IMG/VR virus record: IMGVR_UViG_3300009431_000005
Length of the DNA stretch: 20,000 nt
Direction: 5' to 3' (one strand)
Origin: an uncultured virus (IMG/VR IMGVR_UViG_3300009431_000005)
Lineage: Duplodnaviria > Heunggongvirae > Uroviricota > Caudoviricetes
The notes beneath the pieces were generated by a model. That model made no database searches and was not told the DNA's origin. It saw only the letters and a list, made by a program, of their open reading frames with translations. Positions 7,463-14,875 of this stretch are shown piece by piece. Position numbers and translations under genes: made by a program. How positions within the stretch are numbered: position 1 is the first letter of the stretch; the number at the start of each line of letters is the position of its first letter.

Positions 7463-8656
7463 TCAGGGCTCTTCGTCGTCCCCTTCCTCCATCTCCAGGA
7501 GCGCCCTCGCGCCCCCGGCCTTGACGACCTCCAAATACGCGCCCTGGGCGGCCTCCCGGAACTCCGGGTCCTCCTCCCACAGCGCGATCCAGGCGTCGCC
7601 CTTCTCGAACTTCCGGCCCCCGGCCCAGGATCCGGTGTACTTCCCCCCGCCCGTCGATCGGATCCGGTTCGCGTCCTTGAGGACGTGCCAGACCGTCAGG
7701 ATCGGCGAGGGGCCGTGCTTGAAGTCCAAGTACCACGTCGCCTTCTGATGCGGCGGCGCGCACTTGTTCTTCTTCGTCGTCGTCAGGATCAGGTAGCCGC
7801 ACGCCGGGCCGGACGTGCCGCCCTTCTTGACGGTCGAGACGCGGACGCAACGGACGCGCAGGGAGAAGGCGTACTTCGCCGCCTTGCCTCCGGTCGTCTG
7901 CAGCTCGGGTCCTCCGAAGCCGCCGAAGCCCCCGAGCTTCATCCTCTCCTGATTCACGAGGATGACGTGCGCGCGGGCGCGAGCGATCTTCTTGAACAGC
8001 TTACCGCACTGAGAGGACAGCACGCGGGCCTTCGCCGCGACGTGCGAGTCCTCCGAGGACTTCTCATCGACCTCCACCTTCGCGGGGGACGCTCCAACGG
8101 AGTCCCACACGATCAGCGTCGGGTGCTCGGGCGGCTTCTCGATCAGCCGGTCGAGCATCTTGAAGACGACGTCGAACCCTTGCTCCATGTGGTCCGGACA
8201 GACGTACACGAGCTTCTCAGGGTCGATGCCAAGCTGCAGTAGCGTCTTCTTCTCCAGCGCGTGCTCATAGTCGAGGTACACCGCTGTCCCACCCATCCGC
8301 TGACACTCGCGGATCGCAACGTGAGTCAGGGCGGACTTCCCCGAGCCCTCTGCGCCGAAGACCTCGCTGACCCGTCCGACAGGCCAGCCGTTGCCGAAGA
8401 CCTCGTCGATGCCAGCGAAGCCCGTCGGGATCCACTCCACGACATCCGCCAGCGTCTCCGCGTCCTCGGCTCGAAAGACCTCCGCGCCCTTCACGGACCC
8501 GGCGGCCTCGATCAACTCCATCGTGAAGTCGGGGCTGCCCCCCGCCTTCTTCCGGCGGGAGGCACCCTTCTTCCTGGTGACCTTCTTCTTGGTCTTACGC
8601 TTTGCCCTTTTTGCGGCGGACTTTTTTCTTCCGCGCAGGCTGTCCTTGAGACCCAC
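7463..8656 (-). CDS. recA: RecA/UvsX-family recombinase
   Basis: IPTGFAGIDEVFG.GWPVGRVSEVFG, Walker A GAEGSGKS, YLDYEHAL, Walker B IVWDSV, VNQER, TTGGKA.KY..SLR. Start placed at GTG 8656 after GGAGG. Confidence 0.93.
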   Translation of the reverse strand: MGLKDSLRGRKKSAAKRAKRKTKKKVTRKKGASRRKKAGGSPDFTMELIEAAGSVKGAEVFRAEDAETLADVVEWIPTGFAGIDEVFGNGWPVGRVSEVFGAEGSGKSALTHVAIRECQRMGGTAVYLDYEHALEKKTLLQLGIDPEKLVYVCPDHMEQGFDVVFKMLDRLIEKPPEHPTLIVWDSVGASPAKVEVDEKSSEDSHVAAKARVLSSQCGKLFKKIARARAHVILVNQERMKLGGFGGFGGPELQTTGGKAAKYAFSLRVRCVRVSTVKKGGTSGPACGYLILTTTKKNKCAPPHQKATWYLDFKHGPSPILTVWHVLKDANRIRSTGGGKYTGSWAGGRKFEKGDAWIALWEEDPEFREAAQGAYLEVVKAGGARALLEMEEGDDEEP

Positions 8657-8924
8657 TGGAGCCCTCCAGGTACGCAACCAAGGCTTCTACGTCACCATCA
8701 GACCCGAGTGCGTCGTAGCACTCGTTCGTCGCTTGCAGGTTCCGGAGCATGGACTCGCGGAACATCACGTCGAGGTCGGCCTGCATCTGCTCGATGTCCG
8801 CCTCGGGGTCGTCGCCGACCACTCGCGTCAGGGACACGAAGCCAGCGACCGAGGAGAACTGCGTCAGAAAGACCTTGCCCTCGCGGGACAGGCTCACCGA
8901 GTCGCCGGGTTTCAGCGTAGGCAT
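8595..8924 (-). CDS. Hypothetical protein (109 aa) with basic C-terminal tail
   Basis: ORF between ssb and recA; ends in RKKKVRRKKGKA. Confidence 0.7.
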   Translation of the reverse strand: MPTLKPGDSVSLSREGKVFLTQFSSVAGFVSLTRVVGDDPEADIEQMQADLDVMFRESMLRNLQATNECYDALGSDGDVEALVAYLEGSSGSQGQPARKKKVRRKKGKA

Positions 8925-8940
8925 CGCTCACCCCCAGGGG

Positions 8941-10116
8941 TTACTTACCCTTGCCGGAGACCCGACTCTTGATCGAGGCTGCCGCACCCTTCGGCTTGCG
9001 AGGGGTCGTCTTCTTGGCCGTCTTCTTCGCGGTCTTCTTGGCCGTCTTCTTCTTGGAGGTCTTCTTGCGCGCGGGGGCAGGAGCCGGTTCGGGCTCCTCT
9101 TCCTCCTCGTCCTCCTCCTCGACGACCTCACACTCGCTGATCGGGATGCACCACGGCTCGTCCGGGTCCTCACCCTCCTCAACGATCAGGAGGCACGAGT
9201 CGTCTTCGTCGTCGTAGCCAGTGACCTCGCCGACGACCTCGTTCTCATCGTCGTCCTTGAACGTCACGACCTTGCCGACCCACTCGTCCTCCTCGGCTTC
9301 CTCCTCTCCTTCTTCAGCCTCGGCGTCGGGGTCGGGCTCCTCTTCCTCCCCGGTCTCGGCCGCCGGTTCTTCGGCAGCGTCGTCGGACGAGGTTCCGAGA
9401 TCGCCAGCCTTCACGGCCTCGACCATCTTCTTGTAGCGCGCGGGGAACTTGGTCTCGCCCGTCAGCCCTTCATAGATGGCGAGCAGAGCCTCCAGATCCA
9501 CGGCGAAGAAGTGGTCGCGCACCGAGAAGCGGCCCGCGAGGTCGACCCACGCTTCGGCCAGCTCGTCGTCTTCCGAGATCGGACAGGGGTCGAGCTTGTG
9601 GACGTCCCAAACCGTGTCGAGTTGGGCGCCCGTCTTCTTGACGAGGAGATCCCGACCCTCCAGGGGATCGGTGATGTCCTCGCCCACGTCGTCGTCGAGC
9701 ATCATCTTGACGACGGCTTGGTACACGGAGTGCTTGCCCCGCAGGATCCGGACGTTCGGCGTCTCGGCCGTCCCTTCTTCGGCGCGGTCGATCACCGGGA
9801 TCCAGTATTCCACGGAGCGACGGACGAAGGACTTGGCGAAGTCCTTGTCCTCCTTGCTGCCCTCCCGGTACAGGCGATCGAGGTAGTCGAACACCGGGCA
9901 GGGAAGGCCGAACGCTCGGGGCGAAGTCGTGCCCTTGTTGAGCGGCTTGCTGAACATCGCCGGGTACTCGATCCCCGGCAGCTCGTCCTCGGGCGGCGGC
10001 AGGATGCGAATCTGCATCTTGCTGAAGGTCTTGTTGTTGATCCTCAGCCCGCCACGTTCCATGCGCTTCTGCTGGCCGAGCAGCTTGTCCCGCATGGCCT
10101 GGGAGATTTTCGGCAT
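8941..10116 (-). CDS. T4 gp32-like single-stranded DNA-binding protein with acidic and basic extensions
   Basis: IRILPP, CPV, Y.IPVIDR, V.IL, DITDPLEGRDLLVKKTG...T.W pattern of gp32-like phage SSBs; located next to recA. Confidence 0.78.
   Translation of the reverse strand: MPKISQAMRDKLLGQQKRMERGGLRINNKTFSKMQIRILPPPEDELPGIEYPAMFSKPLNKGTTSPRAFGLPCPVFDYLDRLYREGSKEDKDFAKSFVRRSVEYWIPVIDRAEEGTAETPNVRILRGKHSVYQAVVKMMLDDDVGEDITDPLEGRDLLVKKTGAQLDTVWDVHKLDPCPISEDDELAEAWVDLAGRFSVRDHFFAVDLEALLAIYEGLTGETKFPARYKKMVEAVKAGDLGTSSDDAAEEPAAETGEEEEPDPDAEAEEGEEEAEEDEWVGKVVTFKDDDENEVVGEVTGYDDEDDSCLLIVEEGEDPDEPWCIPISECEVVEEEDEEEEEPEPAPAPARKKTSKKKTAKKTAKKTAKKTTPRKPKGAAASIKSRVSGKGK
9008..9066 (-). repeat. Degenerate 12-nt tandem repeat encoding (KKTA)n
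   Basis: GTCTTCTTGGCC / GTCTTCTTCGCG / GTCTTCTTGGCC units inside the SSB tail. Confidence 0.8.
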
Positions 10117-10186
10117 GTCAATCAGTCCTCAGCTCGTCTTGGTTTTCAGGTTTCGGATTGCGCCTTCGTCGGGGCGGTGGTGCGGC

Positions 10187-10684
10187 TCAGCCGCTAGGTG
10201 CCCACTGCTTCGGCGCGAGCAGCCGCTGCAGGATGCGTGCCCTGTGGTCCAGGGCATCCCGTAGCGACCGCAGCACAGCATACTGCCTGCGCAGTCGGTC
10301 CAGCCTCTCTTTCTCGGAATTCAGCTCCGGGAGGATGTCCAGCCGCGCCCGGATATTGGCCTCCGTGGGAACGTCGGTGGTGTGCTCGTCGATGTAGCGC
10401 CTCTGGAGGACGTACGCCTCGCCTTCTTGCGTCGCCACGACCCGCTCTCCGACCCTCAGCGCGTGCAGCGCACGCTCCGTCTGGTACGACCAAAACGCGA
10501 GACGGGCAGGCGCGGTCCGGGCCTGCTTCCGCAGGATGTCCGGGTCATCGCTGATCGCCAGCTCGTCCGCCATTCGCGCCTTGACGGTTCGCCCGTCCTC
10601 CAGCACGACCTTGATCGCCTCGATGCCCGCGAGGTGGTTCTCGCCGTGCTCGATGCGCTTCTTCCGTCTGACCTTCTTCGCCAT
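10187..10684 (-). CDS. UvsY-like helical recombination mediator (putative)
   Basis: All-helical 165 aa with ELAI.D...L......PA..AFW, PTEANI.A.L and ALDHR..IL..L; directly upstream of ssb and recA. Confidence 0.55.
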   Translation of the reverse strand: MAKKVRRKKRIEHGENHLAGIEAIKVVLEDGRTVKARMADELAISDDPDILRKQARTAPARLAFWSYQTERALHALRVGERVVATQEGEAYVLQRRYIDEHTTDVPTEANIRARLDILPELNSEKERLDRLRRQYAVLRSLRDALDHRARILQRLLAPKQWAPSG

Positions 10685-11205
10685 CAGAAAGGCGTCTCCC
10701 CGGTCAGGAAGGGATCAGGTTTGTGCGAGGGGAGTCCATCCCACCCCTCGCGTTTCGCTTGCGCGTCGACCTCGGCCTCTACTCGCAGCCACTCCTCCGG
10801 GTCGTACCCGCAGTAGCCCTGGACGCGGTTCCGGTCGAGGTTGTTCTCCTCGTGCGTCCCCCAGCGCAGGTTACACACGCGGTTGTCCTCCGGGTCGTGG
10901 TTCGGACCGTGCAGCACCTCCGCACCCACGAAGGGCGGCGGCCCAACGTGCGCGAGGAGCACCGCGAGATGCACCGACATCGAAGTCTGCTTCCCTTCCG
11001 CGCGCAGGTTCACGTACGGATAGAGCCCCCGGTACCCGCGACGCGACTGCTTCAGGACGCGCCCCTTGTACCGACGCGGCGCGACCTTCCCGCTCCTCGA
11101 ACGCACCATCTCCGTGCGGTCGACAGAGCGAACGCGGCCGAGCGAGGACGCCTCGTAGCGTCCCGCGAATCCGGGGATGGGCTTCCACAGCTCCTTGTCG
11201 GTCAC
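10684..11205 (-). CDS. NUMOD4-HNH homing endonuclease
   Basis: ELWKPIPGFAGRYEASSLGRVRSVDR (NUMOD4); VHLAV...H...EVLH...DPEDNRVCNLRWGTHEEN (HNH_3). Confidence 0.92.
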   Translation of the reverse strand: MTDKELWKPIPGFAGRYEASSLGRVRSVDRTEMVRSRSGKVAPRRYKGRVLKQSRRGYRGLYPYVNLRAEGKQTSMSVHLAVLLAHVGPPPFVGAEVLHGPNHDPEDNRVCNLRWGTHEENNLDRNRVQGYCGYDPEEWLRVEAEVDAQAKREGWDGLPSHKPDPFLTGETPF

Positions 11206-11390
11206 TTCGAGTCGGTCAGCTTCTCCACCGCAGCCTCGAACCGCTGCAGCTTCTCCTCCAGGATGTGCTCCAGACGCTGCACCTCGCCCGAGATGGTCTG
11301 CGCCGCTCTGTCGATCTGCTCCGCCGCCGACGAGATCGTGCTCGCCGCGCGTCGCACGTCCTCGGACCCCTGCAGGTACACGGACTCCAT
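11202..11390 (-). CDS. Small coiled-coil protein (62 aa)
   Basis: AGGAGG RBS at 11400-11395; MESVYLQGSEDVRRAASTISSAAEQIDRAAQ... heptad pattern; 3' part of ORF 11202..11906. Confidence 0.75.
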   Translation of the reverse strand: MESVYLQGSEDVRRAASTISSAAEQIDRAAQTISGEVQRLEHILEEKLQRFEAAVEKLTDSK

Positions 11391-11398
11391 CACGCCTC

Positions 11399-11689
11399 CT
11401 ATTCGAGCACCCACCGACGGATGCGTCTCGCCGCCCGAACCCACCAACGTCGACGCGGAGCGTGCGTGACCTTCCAACGCAACTGCGTGGCGGTCGGCCC
11501 CTGCATCGGCTGAAGCGGGATCAGGTCCTCGATGAGATTCCCCGGACTCGGGGCCTGGATAATCGGCATCTGGAACTCGCGGAACCCGTCCGCGAGCTGA
11601 CGCCGCGCCTTGCGCCGTAGCCGCCACCGCCTCCAACGGGCTCGTACCCGCCAGATCGGAATGCGCTCGGGCTCTGGACAGAGCGTCAT
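11399..11689 (-). CDS. Small Arg/Trp-rich protein with gp23-capsid-like QPMxGPT segment (96 aa)
   Basis: ATGA overlap with the polymerase stop; PIIQAPSPGNLIEDLIPLQPMQGPT. Confidence 0.6.
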   Translation of the reverse strand: MTLCPEPERIPIWRVRARWRRWRLRRKARRQLADGFREFQMPIIQAPSPGNLIEDLIPLQPMQGPTATQLRWKVTHAPRRRWWVRAARRIRRWVLE

Positions 11690-14565
11690 GCCGCCTCCGC
11701 CATGCGCTCCCACAGCTCGTCGATGTCAAGGTGATCGAGGTCGAGGCCGACGAGCGTCCCCCACGTCGAGCCGACCTCACAGTCGGCGATGATCGGCACC
11801 TGCAGCCAGGACCAGTCGAGGCCCGGCAGCACTTCGTCGGAGAGCTGCGGCAGGTTCTCCATGATCCCCCTCGCCAGCGTCGCCACCTCGATGAACTCGT
11901 CGACATGGCAGTCGAAGATGATCGAGTCGTGGACGGTGAGGATGATCTTGGAGCGCAGGCCGCGCTTCCGCATCTCCCGCCAGATCAGCACGAGGGACAT
12001 GAGCGTCATGTCCGACGCGGTGGACTGGATCGGGAAGTTGATCGCCTGCCGTAGCGCACGGGAGACGATCTGGTCGTCGACGGAGCGCACCTCGGGCACA
12101 CGGCGGCGTCGTCCGGTGAAGGTCTCCAGGAAGCCCACGCGCTTGACGTGCCGCTCCAGCTTGGCGATCCCCGTCCGCAGCGCCGGGCGAACCTTGAAGT
12201 ACCGCTCGATGAGCTTCTGCGCTTCCTCGACGGTGAGGAAGACGCCGTCCTTCTTGAGCGTGTTGACGAGCGCCGGAGGACCACCGCCGTACAGGATCCC
12301 GAAGTTCACCCGCTTGGAGCGTGTGCGCCACGCCTTCTGGTCCTTCGGGTCCAGCGCCTCGTACCCCTCCTTGCCGAGCCCGCTCACGTCGATCGCCGTC
12401 TGCGTGTGAACGTCCGCGCCCGCCTTGTACGCGCGGATCATGCTGGGCTCTTTGAAGACCGAGGCCGCAACGCGCAGCTCGATCTGGCTGTAGTCGGCCT
12501 GAAGGATCAGGCCCTCGTCCCCGAAGCGCGAGACGTATGCGCGCTTCACGCGCCCGCCGTCCTTGTTCGGGATGTTCTGCAGGTTGGGGTTCGCCGACGC
12601 GAGCCGTCCGGTCACGGTGCCGTGCAGGAGGAACTCGCCGTGGAGCAGGCCGAAGGGATCGAGGCGCTCGGACAACGGGCGCACGAAGGTCCCGAGGAGC
12701 GTCTGCGCAGCGCGGTACTCCAGGATCGTGCTCGCCAGCTCGTTCCCGCGACGGTCCAGCTCCTGCAGCACCTCGGCGTCGGTCGAGAAGTGCTGCCACT
12801 CCGCCTTCTCCACCGCGTCGCGCACCACGTCCATGAACTCGGGCGGCTTGCCCTTGCGCTTCTTCGTGTGCGCAGTCTTCCACCGCTTGTACCTGAGCCC
12901 CAAACGATCGAGCCCGCCCTTCGTCAGATGGACGGGCTGCTCGCCGTAGTAGCCTCGGTCGAACAGGACGACTTGAAGCTGCGGCGTGCTGCCGGGGTTG
13001 AATGAGTCGCCCTTCCCAGCCGCCTCGCGGGCCTTGATGAACTTCCGGACCGTCGGCAACTCCTGGATCGCCGTCGCTGCCGCGTCCTGCTCGCCCTGGA
13101 AGTGCTCCTCCAAGTCGGCAGCGACCTCCTGGTCGACCTTCGCACCCTGGAACTCCATATCCGCGAGAACGTCGGAGAGGGCGGGCAGGAACGAGTCCGC
13201 GAGCAGCTCACACTTCTCCGTGAACTCGGGTGACTCGCGCATCGCGCGGTCGACGCGGCAGGTGCAGTCTGCGTCCATCCCCGCGTACCTGAAGATCAGC
13301 TCGCCCGGGATGTTGGAGTACGAGCCGCCGCGATCCGGGTCGCAGTCCGCGTGCGCAGCGATCCAGTCCTCCAACGGCTTCTCGTACCCGCCCATGCCGG
13401 TGTAGGCATACGCGAGCGTCTTCAGCCCGTGGGTGCCGCGCTTCTCGTCGAGGGTCAGGTGCGTCGTCATCGTGTCGCGCACGTTGAGGACCTCGACCTT
13501 GAGCGCAGCGCGGATGTGCTTCGCGTCGAACTTGCTGTTCTGCGCGCGTTTGTCGATCTCGGGGTCAGCGAAGAACTCCGCCAGGGCCGCGATCAGCGCG
13601 GGCCGCTCGTGCTCCTTCTCCCCGCCGATGCGCCACGGCGAGTCCGGGTGGTCGAACGGGACGGTGAAGCCATACCCCTCCTCGTCCGAGAAGCTGAAGC
13701 ACGCGAGCGGGGGGAATTGGTCCTGCCACCAATCGAGAGCGCCCGTCTCCGTGTCGAAGTACACCGGGCGGCCGTTCTCCCTGAACGCCTGTAGCAGCGC
13801 CAGGACATCGTCCAGCTCGGTGAGGGTGAAATACTCCCCGAGCCCGAGCAGCTCCTCGTGCTCGCCCTTCAGGAAGGCGTCAGCGGTGCGCAGCGCCTCG
13901 GCGAAGCGGTCCAGCTCGTGATCGAAGCGGAGGATGTACGCCGGGTGCAGGCAACCGAGCACGCGCAGGTCCGGGAACTCGGGTCGAACGCAGTCGAGCA
14001 GCTTCCCGGTGAAAGAGGTGATCCCCGTCTGCCCGGCCAGGAACTCCAGGCTCCCGTTCCCGAGCGCGACGATCAGGCGCGGCTTCCGTGCGGCGATCTC
14101 GCGTATCAGCTCCGGCGAGCAGGACTTGATCTCGGTCTTGTTGGGGTTCCGATTCCTCGGCGGTCGGCAGCGCACGAGGTTCGTGATTCCCACGCGCCAC
14201 TCGCCGTCCATGAAGGACTCGATCGAGTTCCGTAGCAGCGTCCCCGATCGTCCAACGAAGGGCGTCGCCTTCCGGTCTTCGTCCGCGCCCGGTGCTTCCC
14301 CAACGAAGAGTACGTCGCACTCCGTCCATTCCTCCGAGACGCAGCGCGAAACGACCGTGTGTCCGTCCGGCTCCTTCGCCAGAATCTTGTCGGCGGTGCG
14401 GTGATACTCCCCGCCGCCTAGACAGTCGGGGAAGTCAGCACTCCACGGCAGGAGCGAGCACCAAAAGCAACCGGACTTCGGCTCGACCGTGCCCGGCTCC
14501 ACGAAGGGCCGTGCCGTTGGCAGGCTGCCACTGGCAGACCGCAGTCGAGCTTTGATACCGCTCAC
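11686..14565 (-). CDS. polA: Family A DNA polymerase with N-terminal family-4 uracil-DNA glycosylase and 3'-5' exonuclease domains
   Basis: UDG: CFWC, GEAPGADED, PFVGRSG, TNLVRCRPP.NR.P...EI..C, HPAY. Exo: DTETG, NSKFD, YAGMD. Pol: TVTGRLASANPNLQNIP, DYSQIELR, R..SKRVNFGILYG, NFPIQSTA, VHDS. Confidence 0.96.
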   Translation of the reverse strand: MSGIKARLRSASGSLPTARPFVEPGTVEPKSGCFWCSLLPWSADFPDCLGGGEYHRTADKILAKEPDGHTVVSRCVSEEWTECDVLFVGEAPGADEDRKATPFVGRSGTLLRNSIESFMDGEWRVGITNLVRCRPPRNRNPNKTEIKSCSPELIREIAARKPRLIVALGNGSLEFLAGQTGITSFTGKLLDCVRPEFPDLRVLGCLHPAYILRFDHELDRFAEALRTADAFLKGEHEELLGLGEYFTLTELDDVLALLQAFRENGRPVYFDTETGALDWWQDQFPPLACFSFSDEEGYGFTVPFDHPDSPWRIGGEKEHERPALIAALAEFFADPEIDKRAQNSKFDAKHIRAALKVEVLNVRDTMTTHLTLDEKRGTHGLKTLAYAYTGMGGYEKPLEDWIAAHADCDPDRGGSYSNIPGELIFRYAGMDADCTCRVDRAMRESPEFTEKCELLADSFLPALSDVLADMEFQGAKVDQEVAADLEEHFQGEQDAAATAIQELPTVRKFIKAREAAGKGDSFNPGSTPQLQVVLFDRGYYGEQPVHLTKGGLDRLGLRYKRWKTAHTKKRKGKPPEFMDVVRDAVEKAEWQHFSTDAEVLQELDRRGNELASTILEYRAAQTLLGTFVRPLSERLDPFGLLHGEFLLHGTVTGRLASANPNLQNIPNKDGGRVKRAYVSRFGDEGLILQADYSQIELRVAASVFKEPSMIRAYKAGADVHTQTAIDVSGLGKEGYEALDPKDQKAWRTRSKRVNFGILYGGGPPALVNTLKKDGVFLTVEEAQKLIERYFKVRPALRTGIAKLERHVKRVGFLETFTGRRRRVPEVRSVDDQIVSRALRQAINFPIQSTASDMTLMSLVLIWREMRKRGLRSKIILTVHDSIIFDCHVDEFIEVATLARGIMENLPQLSDEVLPGLDWSWLQVPIIADCEVGSTWGTLVGLDLDHLDIDELWERMAEAA

Positions 14566-14795
14566 CCGACGACCTCTGCCGACTCACGTCTGCGCCAGGG
14601 TTGCTCGTACTCTTCTACGAACGGGGACCCGTGCTGCTTCGGACGTGGTGGCGCGAGGCGATCGAACGGCAAAAGGAACACTCGGTGGGTAGCCGCATAC
14701 GAGTCCCAGCACGCGACGCGAACGTCACAGCTAGAGCACTCTTCGCAGCGTTCCGGTGTTCCGAAGCATTGAGGGAGTCGCGTCTTCCGAGTCAT
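14562..14795 (-). CDS. Small Cys-rich protein (77 aa)
   Basis: CFG....C..C..C.....C; stop overlaps the polymerase GTG (GTGA). Confidence 0.6.
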   Translation of the reverse strand: MTRKTRLPQCFGTPERCEECSSCDVRVACWDSYAATHRVFLLPFDRLAPPRPKQHGSPFVEEYEQPWRRRESAEVVG

Positions 14796-14809
14796 GAGCA
14801 GACAAGCAG

Positions 14810-14853
14810 GCAGGCCACCCCGGTATGTTTCCGAGGTGGCCTGCGCAGGTCAA
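14810..14853 (-). promoter_or_regulatory. Candidate promoter for the polymerase operon with -10 box in the loop of a 14-bp inverted repeat
   Basis: TTGACC (14853-14848), 17 bp, AAACAT (14830-14825); GCAGGCCACCTCGG / CCGGGGTGGCCTGC. Confidence 0.5.
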
Positions 14854-14875
14854 GGATGACCCAAAAAAGTCCCGC

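Noticed and set aside
5951..8242. 763-aa plus-strand ORF, and similar long ones (962-1957, 3502-4515, 8749-10197, 14825-16591, 17614-18606)
   Set aside because: Antisense shadows of real minus-strand genes, typical of high GC3 bias; no recognisable motifs.
11391..11906. N-terminal extension of ORF 11202-11906
   Set aside because: Overlaps the polymerase and the 96-aa gene; strong RBS supports the start at 11390.
11686..14565. Intein or intron in polymerase, helicase or RecA
   Set aside because: Motifs are contiguous; no C...HN-[CST] splice junction or LAGLIDADG block seen.
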